The position numbers and the translations under genes are program-made. Under the pieces are notes generated by a model. It worked only from the letters and a program-made list of their open reading frames with translations. It searched no databases and was not told the DNA's origin. Below are positions 22,419-35,380 of a stretch of DNA of 64,000 bases, piece by piece. This DNA is from Macrostomum hystrix (taxonomy: Eukaryota; Animalia; Platyhelminthes). Positions within the stretch are counted from its first letter, which is position 1; every line of letters begins with the position of its first letter. Where the stretch lies: contig CATNEN010000039.1 of the NCBI GenBank assembly GCA_950097015.1, positions 15,190,001 through 15,254,000 on the forward strand, in the 5' to 3' direction.

Positions 22419-25400
22419 AGTGAGCATTTTTATTCCTTTTGAACGCTGTCCAGGATTTTAGCTTTTGAGGCGCTCATGGAATGTGGGGTCGGGTCGCCAT
22501 GAATTCAGTTAACTCACGAATTACTACCTTGGCTTCCTCATACTTCTCTCGTATTTATTTCAATTGGTGAAACTACTGTAGTCGTCATTCCTCGCGAACT
22601 ACAGGCACTCATCAGCAGCAGCAGCAGCATCACTATGGTCAGCCGAACAAACAGCACCCGACAGTTGCACGGTGTTAAGCAGGACTCTGAACTGATTCTC
22701 AGACAGTGCTTTCGACCAGCTAATAAGGCCCGACTGACTGACTTGCAATTTGACCTGATGACCAAGGCTCTGGATAGCTGGATGTCTATGTCTATGACTA
22801 TGACTAAATTACTATGAAAATGACACTGACTTTGACTATTAACGCTGACTATGACTATGGCCATGTATTATACACAACTCTAAACCTATTTGCACTATTT
22901 GCAATCTTTATGATAGGTGGCTAATGAGATTATTGAGTCCATCCCATTCCCAAATGGGGAAAGATCTGTCACTTCTGTCATAGCTGTCAGGGGAACTATC
23001 GTAATGCAGTTCCTCACGCTCCGCTCGTTTTTTTATTTCAATTGGTGAAACAATTGAAATAACTTCAGTGTATGCTATTTATCAACTTAAAGTGATCTGC
23101 TTCACTGCGAATCTCGCTCCACTCCAAATCAGTGGGCCACCCAAATCATATTTAGCCTTTTTAGTTTTGTCATGCCTTGACCTTAATGAGACTGTAAAAA
23201 ATTACATGTCACATTATTTATGACAACAATAGTGACATCATAAAATCACCATTTGAGTAAACTACCTAGTTGAATGACTAATTACTAGTAGTTAAAATTT
23301 TAAAGTTTAGAGTTGAAATTTACACAAATTTTATTTTTGGGACATTCACCAGATAATTTTCAGTCAAATGCAATTACATAGCATATTTTGACCATGTAAA
23401 AATTATTGTGTTTGAATTACGTTTGTGTTACAAAATGTATTGGAATCATAAATTTCACCTGATTTATTTGTTATAACATATCTCAATTGACAATTGATTC
23501 ACCTCTTATTCAGACTCATTTTTCTATATGATAGTCACCCAGTTATTGTATTTGTTATTAGGCAAGTTATAGGTATAGATGAATTTGATTATGGAATTGA
23601 TTCATTTCAGATTAAAACAAGATTTTTCACACAATAATGGTTGAGTTATCAGATTTGTCATTGCGTGAGGTAAACTAACTTCTGATACAAATGCAATTTT
23701 CACTTGATAATGGCGCAGGTAGGGTAATTAATCATCAACCAAACAAGAATGTGTATTTTTTTAACTTCAAACCTAGCTCTATAGATTTTCTATTTAAGAT
23801 ATGATGATAAATCAAAAGCCAAGTTATAGAAAACAGTTACATCTTTCTAAGAAGTATCTGCTTTTGCTATTTTTTCAAATATAAAAAAGTTATTCCTGAT
23901 TTTCATCTAAAACGGAACAATGATTTTCATGTATCTTTAAACCAAATGGAGAATTTGATGTTCGGTTTTAGGCCTACAATTTGAGTGAGTAGTAAGTAGT
24001 TTAATCTTATTTTAAGGAGTGAATTATCACGAATTATGTTATTTGAAAGCATTTTTCATGCTCTATAATACATTTATGGTCATTTAATTGGCAAGCAACT
24101 ACATACAATCTTCGTCTAAAGTACTTGGGTGGTTCTCACAGAGTTGCCACTTTTAGTGTCCAAAGTGTTTTTTTGCCAATTTTGATTGTTTTTTCATCTA
24201 TTACTGAAATATCAAAAAAATCTGTTTTATTACATTTTAGTTTTTTGGTAGTTGAATAGAGATAGTATGTAGTGTGCCTATAGTTTTATGAAAGCACATA
24301 AATATATATTTCGTTTGCAAGAGGATTTAGCACTGAATATGCTACCACTAATTTTTTACTGACGAATTTAGGTCAAGATGTCTGACATAGATCCGATGAG
24401 TTAAGTTTTGTGAGACACTTATAAAAGCCACAAAGTAAGTAGATATAGCTGAATTATAATAGAAATTATGTTTCCTAATGCTTATTTTAGTTATATATTG
24501 CCATATAAAAGAACAATGACGTCTTGAACACAAACACTTTTGACAAGGGAAAGTCTTAATCTTTGACTAACATGTGTGAGACACGGTGCTTTTACAGACT
24601 CATGATTTCTAGTGATTTAAAAATATGTAAACAAATGGAATTTATAACAAAGCTTTAGTGCCCCACATAGGGAAACATCGATAGAACACAAATGGTTCAA
24701 CAGGACAGCTTCAAATTACATTATAAAATATATTTTTTGAAAAGACACATTTTTTCAGTACTGTGGCAATCCCGTGAGAATCACCCACTTACTGAAAATT
24801 TTTTGTCTTGCACGAGACCAAGGAAGAAGTCAAAATTCTTGTTCGGTTTTGAAGATACACTGTTCGGTTGATGATACATTACCCTACATGTTGAGATGCA
24901 TGTCTTTTAAGTAATATTATGTAGATGCCCATGCCTATCCACAGGTGTCCATTAAATTAGACGTCTATACTATGACGAAGTTTCGGTTTCAACGAATAAG
25001 CGTAGCAGTTTCGGTTTATTTTAATAGCAAGGTAAATTATCAATCGTTACAAAAACTTCGTAGCGGAAAGCACTCTCATGCAATAAATTGGGCCGTCGAA
25101 TTGAGAAATCGACTTTACGGCGAATGCTGGCTATATCTTAGATGGGTTACAGAGCTACTAAATGGATTCACTTGAAATACAGCTACGGCTAGAGTTCAAA
25201 TTAGTCAATGACAAAATAACAACCAGCACTCAGTCGTAGAACAAGCCCGGGGAGGGTGGGAGCCTTCCTGGAAAGGCCTAATTAGCACATTTGAATACGA
25301 ACTACGACTATGTAGTACACTAAAACAAAACCATTATAAATATTAATGGAAAACCGAAGAAATATCCTTAAAAAATATAGCTAACGAAAATAATGCACAT

Positions 25401-25480
25401 ATTTCGAACTAGAATATCAAAATTACATTCAATTAGAGAGACAACGTCACAATACTTTTAGTACCAGAACCACGTATAAA

Positions 25481-25991
25481 TCTTTCACCGCATTGTTTTC
25501 CGCATGGTTTTCCGCATGGTTTTTTTCCTGTATTTTTGCATCATGCTGACTTGAATAAAGCACTCATGTGCTGGAATAATCCTTGGTAACATTTTTAGCA
25601 AACATACGAAAGAGATTCTAACAACTATATCATATAAGATTATATGATACTAGGTCATATCTTACCAGATCATGCCATATCATACCATAACATGCCATAT
25701 TATACCATATCATGCCATATAATACAAAATCATGCCATATCATACCAGATTATGCCATATCATACCACATCATACCAGATCATGTCATATGCTAACATAC
25801 AGACTACTTCATCATACAAAGATTAATACTATACCAGGTCATATCATACCATCCATTAAATTAAATTACAGTTTCACAGTAATTTTTACAGCATACAAAA
25901 TTTTTTTAATTTTTACACGGAAAAAAAACCGTGCGGAAAACCATGCGGAAAACCATGCGGAAAACCATGCGGAAAACAATGCGGTGAAAGA
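25481..25991. mobile_element. MITE-like element with inverted arms built of GGTTTTCCGCAT subrepeats
   Basis: TCTTTCACCGCATTGTTTTCCGCATGG... at 25481-25527 is the reverse complement of ...CCATGCGGAAAACAATGCGGTGAAAGA at 25922-25991. Interior holds a CATAC/CATAT microsatellite. Confidence 0.6.
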
Positions 25992-26341
25992 CCCACACCA
26001 GAACCAGTACCAGAAAAAATTATGTTATTGCCAAAAAAATGAGCCCTCCTCTTTTTGAAACCAGGCTTGGGACTGGCTTCGGCAGAGAATTTCACAAAGT
26101 CTTTAATATATTTTTAGTTAGTTTTTGTAAGATTTTTGTTTATTTTTCAAGCTGTTCATTCGCTTTGTTCGTTTTAGTGTTTTTGTGTCACACAAAGACC
26201 AATATTTTGCAGCTTAGATTATTCGCAGTTTTACATTCAAAACAAGAATAGAATTATTTACAGAACTACAGTTTGTTATTTAAAAAATACAGAATTGACA
26301 TTTAATTTTTAAGCAAGAAGCTTTTAGTAATTAGTTTATTT

Positions 26342-28762
26342 TTACGCTGCACTTCTTGGTGCATCCATCCAGCTATCGCGTTGCTGCGTACTCGGCACAG
26401 CAGCAGACGTAGCCGTTGGACGCCTGGCGCTGGTGCATATCTTTCGATGCATACTCATGGTGCAGCCACGAATCACAAAGATCACATTGCAGCCAAGTTC
26501 CAGTCGCACTGCAGGGTTCAGCTTCATGACAGCGAACGCACGAGTTGGTGGATTCTTCATTTTCTCTTTCCAAGTCTTTCCAGATGCAGATTCGAGCTCT
26601 GTTAAGAAATCCCTCCGTCGTTGGAAAGCACAAAGCTCGGAACTTTGGATGTTACTATGTTACTAACATCAACGGATGTTACTATATATAGAACTTTCGC
26701 ATACAGACAGACAAATACACCACAGCTATGACCATCAGACTGCAATGATCTCAACATTGATTTATTTTTATACGTACCTAAAATTTCTGGCATGTCTTCG
26801 CGAATACTGGTGGTGCTTTTGATTAAGTTTTGCCATAGTTTTATAGAATGTTTTGGTATCGACTTATCTAAGATAGGTTTTGTGTCTAGGACAGCTAGTT
26901 CTTTGCGTGTTGTGTCTGCAATATACACTAAGTAGAAGTGGTCGTTCTGAAGAATCAGACAGATTAAACGGGTGCATTTGTTTGAAACTGTCGCTCTTAG
27001 CAAGTCAATCGCAGCGCTCGAATCTCCATTGCGAATGCAGCTAAAGAAGCTGGATGGTAGGTGGCCCGCTTTGCTGCTTGGGTTGCATACGCAAAGTAGA
27101 TGTATGAATGAATTTACTATTCCGACAGAAAGCCACTTTCCGGGTTCCAATGATTCTCTATCAAACTCAGTAGGAAGTCTCCAGCGCGGGTGCACCACAC
27201 CTGTTCCCGTTCTGCTGTGCCTTGCTGCTTTCTATTCTTTGTCGCTGATTCTGTTCTCTGTCGCTTGTACTTTGAACGACTAACCCGCTCGGCCCTTCGC
27301 CACTCCTCGCGAGAAAAGGAAATATCTTCGTGCTTTCTCTTCCTTCCAGATAACGTTGCTTTCCCTACTTTGTTGATTATGTCGAAAGCTGTTAATCTTG
27401 TTTTTAAATATTTTAACCGTCCGCAAATAAAACTCGACACGTTCACCCTGGAAGCTTTGCCAAACCTTGTTTTTCGAGATTTAACGTCTGAAAAGTACGA
27501 TTCAACGTAAGAGCTTGAAAACCAACTTTTATTCTTTCTGAAGCTCTTGATACTCCCGATGAAATGGCAGAAGTAAAGTAAACCAGCAGTTTTGGTGAGT
27601 AATAGCTTTTAAATGGCCCGGCTGGCTCGTCGGTAGCATCAATACTTGCCTGTCGGGACTTGAAAAGAAAAATGTATGGAGAGCTTTCGCGCTGAGAACC
27701 AAATCGAGAACTTTCGGCCTGCTCTTCCTTATCGTTATTTATTTCATCGTCGTTGTAGATCGAATATTCTTCGTCCACGGGCTGTTTCCCAATTGTTAAT
27801 CGCTGATCTTAATTCTTTCGGATCTCGCTGCCCTAAAAATGTACGAGTATCTACAGTGAGACTCAAGGTAGTTTCAAACGCTTCAAAAGTCTCCTGATGC
27901 AATAAAAGGACAAATGCGCTAATAAATAATTCCCGCATAGCTTTACCTTCCGCAGTCTTAGACTTTAGTTGTATGCCATTAATGAACGCACGGATTACGT
28001 GATTTGTGCAAATGAATGGAATCGTGTACTTGATTTGTTTCCCCCTTCGTATCGCACAATGCGTATCAATAAGGTATTGTTCTAAAGCTGGCATACCGAG
28101 TGTAACACAGCCCAAGAGAAGTCCGTGACGATGACTGCAGGTAAATAGTCATGCGAATAGTACTGCTTGCCAGTGTGCCCAAATCTGCGCGGACAGAAAA
28201 CAAATTAAAGTGTTGGATTGATTTGGTCCTATGCTCACTTGTTATCATTTCGGCCACAGGCACACCACGCGTCTGACCGTTATCGGAGGGCAGCGTCAGC
28301 GAGTAAAGATATATTTGGCTGCCTGTGAAATTCATTCTCTTGAAAATGCTTCCAGTGGCATCTACAAAAAAAACAAATTAATGCCAAACAATTAACTCGT
28401 AGATGTAATAGAAAACAAACTCGTAGATGTAATAGAAAACAAACTCGTAGATGTAATAGAAAACAAACTCGTAGATGTAATAGAAAACAAACTCGTAGAT
28501 GTAATAGAAAACAAAGTCGAAGTCGAAGCTGTCTTTCGAGGTACAGATGTACATGAAATGGATGGCGAGACACAGCTTGAATGTATCCGCGTATACTCTT
28601 ACTCTCTGTGTCAGTTTCGCTCAGTATCCTTTGCAAAGCAGCAATTTCGACTTTAACTTTTTTATGCAGCCGTTCTTCTGCGGCAACCAACCGCTTCGCG
28701 TTTACCCGCCGAATGGCATTGTGACGATTAAATGACGAAGACAGAGTCCGTGGCGGCGGCAA
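26342..28762 (-). pseudogene. Frameshifted transposase-Ulp1(C48 protease)-PHD finger gene
   Basis: Ulp1 core at 26602-27198: SLEPGKWLSVGIVNSFI, NDHFYLVY, LDT, QSDGHSCGVFVCLYA. PHD-like CVRC...WLQCDLCDSWLH...YVCCC at 26373-26560. Several stops and frameshifts. Confidence 0.75.
28395..28520. repeat. 24-bp tandem repeat within the transposase remnant
   Basis: AACTCGTAGATGTAATAGAAAACA, about 5 copies. Confidence 0.9.
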
Positions 28763-28797
28763 TTAAAGTTCACTTCAGTCTAGAGTCAGTTCAATTA

Positions 28798-29275
28798 TGT
28801 GGTGTAGCGGTAGCACTTTATTATCTTAGTGCACTGGGATGCACCACAAGCAGGGCGAAGAAAGTAGGTGCAGAAGCTCAATAATAGTAATAGCAATGAC
28901 AGCACGGCGAGGCGAAGTGGACAACAAGTGGACAAAGATAAGGCGAGACAACAAGAACTAGAACCAGACAGGACAGGACAATACAGGACAGGACAAGAAC
29001 GAGAACCAGAACCAGAACCAGTGGGGCGCGAGCGGGCCTAAAGCCCTTAGTTAAATAAGCTTAGTAAACTGCAGAACAGGGCGATCGATAACTCTGGAAA
29101 CTGGCTCCAGCCAATGAGCGTGTAAGTACACTGGTCTGGGCAGACGACAATTTAAACATTAGCAAAACCAAGCTGTGGCAGCGCGATGTGCACTAACGCC
29201 TACTAACAGTAACACTCTAAGAATTACAGCTTAACCATACGAACTGAGAAATGGATGAAAGTTAGTACACACGTA
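28798..29275 (-). mobile_element. Probable solo LTR
   Basis: Flanked by a 5-bp direct repeat AATTA (28793-28797 / 29276-29280). Starts TGT on +, has AATAAA on the - strand near 28817, and has GC/purine-rich content unlike its flanks. The other end is not a canonical CA. Confidence 0.45.
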
Positions 29276-29719
29276 AATTAGCTATGTAAATTAACACGTA
29301 AATTAAATTGCTAGGGGCGCTCTCAACAAGTGACAACGTCACAGCATCCAACTTTTTTGATCGAGAAAAATCTTTTTCCTTTATCTCTTTATCTGTCATT
29401 TCTGAGAGTAGTCTATCGTGTACATCAGTTGGTGCTTCAGTTTCAGGTAGTTCACACATTGATTCTTAAATTTAAGAACACAGTTACTTGCTTCTACATT
29501 CGGAGAACAATATTGTCGATAGTTTTCACGAATGCAGTTTAGCCACCAAAGAGCGGTTCTCTGACATAGCGAATGCATTTTTTCTCCCCGCCTGATAAAA
29601 AAGTTATTTTTCCACTGGCTCCAAGCTATTCGAAAATAAAAAACTAAATTTGTTATCGATCCGCTTGCACCACTCTCGAAATCAACAGCAACTTCAGCAT
29701 TAGTACAATCCCTTACTTC

Positions 29720-30470
29720 TGAATCGTCACTCCCAGCATCATCACTCCCAGCATCATCACTCCCAGCTTCAACACTCCCAGCATCATTACTCCCAGCATC
29801 ATCACTCCCAGCTTCAACACTCCCAGCATCATTACTCCCAGCATCATCACTCACAGCATCGCCACTCCCAGAATCACTCATATCATCACCACCAGCATCA
29901 TCACTTCCATGAGCAGGCCCCACATAAGCAGCAACAGCAGGACGAGAAGGTCCAACAGAAGCAGCAACAGCACGACGAGCAGGCAAAACAGAAGCAGCAA
30001 CAGCACGACGAGCAGGCACAACAGAAGCAGCAACAGCACCCTTGGCAGGCACAACAGAAGCAGCAACAGCACCCCGGGCAGGCACAACAGAAGCAGCAAC
30101 AACACCCCGGGCAGGCACAACAGAAGCAGCAACAGCATGACCAGCAGGCACAACAGAAGCAGCAACAGCACCACGGGCAGGCACAACAGAAGCAGCAACA
30201 GCACCCCGGGCAGGCACAACAGAAGCAGCAACAACACCCCGGGCAGGCACAACAGAAGCAGCAACAGCACGACCAGCAGGCACAACAGAAGCAGCAACAG
30301 CACGACCAGCAGGCACAACAGAAGCAGCAACAGCACCACGGGCAGGCACAACAGAAGCAGCAACAGCACCCTTGGCAGGCACAACAGAAGCAGCAACAGC
30401 ACCACGGGCAGGCACAACAGAAGCAGCAACAGCACCACGGGCAGGCACAAAAGAAGCAGCAACAACACCT
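29720..30470. repeat. 15-bp and 30-bp tandem repeats (open as DDAGS and AVAASVVPARG on the - strand)
   Basis: CCCAGCATCATCACT units at 29720-29900 and GGCACAACAGAAGCAGCAACAGCACC... units at 29930-30470. Confidence 0.9.
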
Positions 30471-32248
30471 CGAGTGGATCTTACAACAGCAGATTTATGA
30501 AAACGCTGTTTTCTTACTTTTCGAAACAGAAGATTTTGACTTACCGACAATTTTACGCTGATAATACAGCCAGACAACTCGACGGTTTTTAATAGTGTTC
30601 TTTGCTGAAAGCTTGCTCAGAATTTTCCCGCAAGCACCATTGGGACAACGAAATGATTTGCGAAGGCACTCATCACTATAGTCTTCAAAATACTCAGGCG
30701 ATAGTTCAAAAAAAGAAATGCGTCGATTGTGAATTGCGGATAGGACTATGAGATAGCAAGCAAGAAGCAGATACGAGCAGCTGATATTCCTCATAGCAGC
30801 TGATTGGATATTCCAGCTACTAGTGTAAAACAGAGCACGGTACGCACCCCAGAACACCTATTTTGTCAGGCATTAGCGATAAAACGTAAGGACAAAGCAC
30901 TAAGAACTAATTGCAATAGAGGATACGCAATCGTCACTATAAAATGCGAAGACTATAAAACACGAGGCTTGAAATCTCAACACTCAACTTCAAACGCTAA
31001 AGCCTCAAAAGCCGACAAACATAAGAGGGCATTAGTACTTCAAATAATAAAAAACAAATAGCAAAAAATCAGATCCAACATGCAAAAACTGAGACCCATG
31101 TGCACGACAAGGCAAAAATATTACCCTGTATTACCAATTGCGCATTACATCCCTACATGTTACGCAACTCAACGCTAACAATACGCAGGCATCCAGAGTG
31201 AGGGTGTTGTGTTGTGCCCACTTTTAAAATGGGAGATATCAGAGTGGGGGGAACTCGAGGGTCTACAACTCCGAGACGCGACTAGTCAGGGCTCTGAAAT
31301 TTTACAGCCGTGTTCACAGATAATGTTTCCTTTCATATCTTTGCTCTCAGCTGTATATGATGTAATAATCCTGCGAAGCGCAATGGAAGGCTAAGGTTAT
31401 ATTTTTAGTTTTGTTTGCTGAAGTTTACGATGATAATAAAAATAAGAAATAATACAAGCACATTCAGTGAGGCGAGTTTTGAGTTGTGATTTTATTAGTC
31501 GTGATTTTTAATAAACCGCTCTTTGTATGTGTTTACTTGCTTGGATTATCAAATTTGTTATATTTTATGAAAAAAATGATTAGAAAACTTTTTGTGAAAA
31601 TTAACGATTTTTGTGCGCTAATTTTGTGCGTGTGTGTTGTGCGCAAGTCCATCGATATTTTTTAATTTTATTCGCAATAAGCCAAAAATGATTTTTTCGG
31701 ACCGATATACAAGTATTTCATCTGTTAGAAGTATTTTTATTAGTTGCTTGTCGATTTTTTGTTGGCTATAACATACCTTTTTTTCTGGCACAGGTAACTG
31801 GTACTGGTTATGGTACAGGAAGTATAGACGTGATTTAGATATGGACTCACTGTGGTGGATAAAATCAGTGCACAAAGTCTGGAAAGCTTTTATCGAGAAC
31901 AGAGTAGCATTCATCCGAACGACAGTTCCACCGGAGCAATGGAGACACTGTCCCGGAAAGGACAACCCGGCGGACGTTGCGACCCGACCAGTCGACCCGG
32001 GAGCATTTGATGGTCGATCAGAATGGTTTCGTGGGCCTTCGTGGCTGAAAACCAACTTTTCAACATGGCCCGTCCAGCCAGAGTTCATTGAGAAGTCGAG
32101 CAGCGAAAATATCGTCTGTGCAACGGTGACAAGCAATGCTCTCCTGAGTCAAAGTAGGCGCATTGATAACATCATTGAGCTGCAGAGGTTCAGCACACTG
32201 GAAAAGTTGCTCCGTGTCACTGCGTGGGTCCTCCGCGCAGTCCAAATG

Positions 32249-33116
32249 CAAGGACCACTGTAGTATAACAGGACGGGAAACTCAAAGATCGTGTAAATTT
32301 TTAGAAGGCCGATTTCCTGGAAAAAATACACTGCGGAGATAGGAAAAAGTCATTTTTTCAGCACATAATCAATTATTGCTTTTGATCTGGAGCAAGTTCA
32401 AATCCGTTAATCTTAGTACAGCATGCCCAACATTAAGTTCCGTTGTTTTTATATAGCTTCGTTTATAAAAGTCTTATTTTCACATATATATACTATATAA
32501 TAGTGTCTTGAATCTATATAGACTATAGACTAGCACATTTAATGGCTCAAAATATGATAGCTAAATATTCTTAATTTGGCCTAAATTGTTTGAATTAACA
32601 AATTAGCTAAATAGTTTGGCAAAACTAACAGCCAAAAAAGTTAACTAATATAACAGTAGCAACTATATAGCTATAAAGGTACAACAAATTTCAAAATGAT
32701 TTTAATGCAACCAAGTAAGTTAATTAATTTTTGGCTGTTAGTTTTGCTAAAGTATTTAGCTAATTTGTTAATTCAAACAATTTAGGCCAAATTAAGAATA
32801 TTTAGCTATCATATTTTGAGCCATTAAATGTGCTAGTCTATAGTCTATATAGATTCAAGACACTATTATATAGTATATATATGTGAAAATAAGACTTTTA
32901 TAAACGAAGCTATATAAAAACAACGGAGCTTAATGTTGGGCATGCTGTACTAAGATTAACGGATTTGAACTTGCTCCAGATCAAAAGCAATAATTGATTA
33001 TGTGCTGAAAAATGACTTTTTCCTATCTCCGCAGTGTATTTTTTCCAGGAAATCGGCCTTCTAAAAATTTACACGATCTTTGAGTTTCCCGTCCTGTTAT
33101 ACTACAGTGGTCCTTG
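32249..33116. mobile_element. Non-autonomous foldback element, ~395-bp terminal inverted repeats, 8-bp TSD (P- or hAT-like)
   Basis: Ends CAAGGACCACTGTAG... and ...CTACAGTGGTCCTTG, with near-perfect arms and a ~70-bp spacer. TSD TCCAAATG at 32241-32248 and 33117-33124. Confidence 0.95.
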
Positions 33117-33525
33117 TCCAAATGTTGAAATGTCGAACACGATTTCTGGCCAGTTCTCTTACCTCCGAGGAACTACAGGCAGCCGAACACCTCTGGGTTG
33201 GCTCTCTGCAGGCAAAGTCCTTTACTGCTGAGATTAAATGCATCACGTATCAAACTGCTAAGACACCGTTGCATCAGAATCTGCGCTTGTTTATAGACCA
33301 GGATAACGTCCTACGCTGCACTGGACGTCTAGGAGAGTCCGATCTTTCGCCAGACCATAAGTCACCGATTCTGTGCCCGACAGACGACAACTTTCAACGG
33401 CTGCTTATCAGACATGCTCACAGGAAAGTAGCATGTCATCGGCTGCCCACGGAGGGGTAACGGCCACATTGGTACAGATTCGCGAGAAGTATTGGATGCT
33501 GAAGGCGCGACAGTAGATCAAATCG

Positions 33526-34545
33526 GTGCTTAGGCGGCGTAACACATGCATTAGGTTGCAAGGTTTGCCATACAAAGTTCGACAGCAGTCTCAGTTACCG
33601 TCTTTTCGAATCGAGTCGCTCAGAGCATTTCAGCACGTTGGCCTCGACTACTGCGGTCCACTACTCTACCGCAGGGGGGAGGGTGACGGCCAGCACAAAG
33701 CCTATATTCTGCTATTCGTGTGTACCAGTACCAGAGCAGTCCACCTTGAAGTCGTGTCAGAATTGACCACTCAATCATTTCTACAAAGCCTTCGCCGTTT
33801 CTGTGCTCGCCGTGGAATACCCTCCATTATTTCCGACAACTTTAAGACGTTCCACGCTGCAGCGCGTCTGCTTGATACCCGACCAGCACCGCTACAGACT
33901 ACAGATGGTCAAGAGTTCCTGACAACCAAGAGAATCAGCTGGTCATTCATTCCAGAGAGAGCCCCATGGATGGGAGGGTTCTACGAGCGTCCAGTGGGCG
34001 TTGTGAAAGCAGCACTCAAGAAGACCATTGGCAAGGCATTCCTGACTCTGGAAGAATTATCGACAGTGGCGTGTGAGATGGAAGCTGTTGTCAACTCACG
34101 CCCGCTCGGCTTTGTCGCGTCCGAAGCTCATTCAGAAGTGATCACCCCGAGCCACTTCCTCGTGCTCAACCGGCTAACTAAAGATCCAGAGGCTACTTCT
34201 GAGACGTTGACAATATTGCCACTGCCAGAGAGATTGAGTCGAGTTCGGCAGACACTCAACAAATTCTGGCGAGAATTCAAGAATGAATACGTCCTAGCTC
34301 TGCGCGAGCGCTCCATTAGAGAAAGTCGAACGTCTACTCGCGAAGTCATGCTCGGTGACGTTGTGTTGGTCATGGACTCCGGCGTGCCGAGGCTGCAGTG
34401 GAAGTTAGCTGTTGTGGAAGCGGTTCACCATGGTCGAGATGGTTTGGCGAGATCATGTCTTCTCCGGTTAGCGAATCCACAGCGTCGTTTCTCATCACAT
34501 TTTCGTCGTCGGCCGGTTGCATTGCTGGTTCCTATTGAAGTCTAA
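33526..34545 (+). pseudogene. BEL/Pao integrase domain (disrupted pol)
   Basis: DDE integrase core is present. The upstream frame is broken by a frameshift near 33435 and a TAG at 33514. Confidence 0.85.
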
Positions 34546-35380
34546 GCGCGCGCTGTCTCGCTCTTTCTCATCTTGTCTATCGCGTTTTTTTCCGTTCTTC
34601 GTTCATTTCCCTCTAGTGCTTCTTTTCCTGCGTGCCGCTCTTTGTTTTTATTAGGAAGCTCACGTTAGCGATCTTATATTCACGTCTATATTTATATTTG
34701 TTGTTATTCTGGTAAAGGCTCTTTAAACCGTGTCTCAATATTGCTTTTCAGTTTTCAGTGTCCTTTTTCTTGAGAGCTAAAAGTTTTCTCTTTTGGTGTT
34801 GGTTATACAGTATCCTATCCCGTTGCGCCTATTGGCTACACTATTATCTTGTTTCGTTTGTTCTGTGCACGGGTCCAAAACTTTCGCGGCTTCGACTCCT
34901 CCTGCGTAGGCTTGTACTATTCCATTCACTTAGTCTTTAAGCTGATAATCTCTACGTATGCTCCCGATGCTATGATTTCTCGAACAGTTACTTCACTCGC
35001 TCGTGTGCATTATCCCTTTCCTCTTTTGAGCCAGTGACTCGAGCATCGGTCACTGGCGGGGGAGTGTGGCGGAAAGTGCAAATTTCGATGTCTGTATTCT
35101 ACATTTACTTGTTATTTAATGTCTATTTTCTTCACTAATATTCAGCTTGAATTCTCAGACCATTATCTAATGTACGCTTATGTTTTCTTCGCTGCACCGC
35201 TCTAACTTACGTGCATGGACTCGTCTCGATCTCTCCCCTCCCAATGTGCGTGCGATTTCTCTCTTAATTTAAGCCTCTCAATTCAGTCCTCTGGACCCTT
35301 AATAAACGCAGGTGGTAAGGCGCAGGTGGAGAGAGTTTCACTGAACAGTCAAACCACACTTGTGACTTCATTCAACTACA

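Larger units (their letters stand above)
15505..23065 (+). mobile_element. Helentron/Helitron2-type rolling-circle transposon, apparently full length
   Basis: 11-bp subterminal inverted repeats CGAGCGGAGCG (15508-15518) and CGCTCCGCTCG (23017-23027). 3' hairpin with a 12-bp stem (23033-23044 / 23051-23062). T-rich ends. Encodes a HUH Rep and a PIF1 helicase. Confidence 0.88.
25440..31840 (-). mobile_element. Decayed Mutator/Foldback (NOF-FB-like) DNA transposon with Ulp1 and PHD domains
   Basis: Frameshifted transposase pieces YLYSLTLP..GVPVAEMITSEHRTKSIQHF and IPFICTNHVIRAF (CxxH motif), then Ulp1 and PHD domains. Degenerate inverted ends: 25995-26040 (and 25443-25475) against 31755-31830. 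Confidence 0.6.
31840..35380 (+). mobile_element. 5'-truncated BEL/Pao LTR retrotransposon (RNase H-integrase and 3' LTR)
   Basis: Motifs WWIKS..FIENRV, WRHCPGKDNPADVATR, WFRGPSWL, VGLDYCGP, TRAVHLE, SDNFKTF, APWMGGFYER, NSRPL, ITPSHFL, PRLQWKLA. Polypurine tract GGCGGGGGAG, then LTR TG(35065)...CA(35380) with AATAAA at 35301. Confidence 0.9.
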
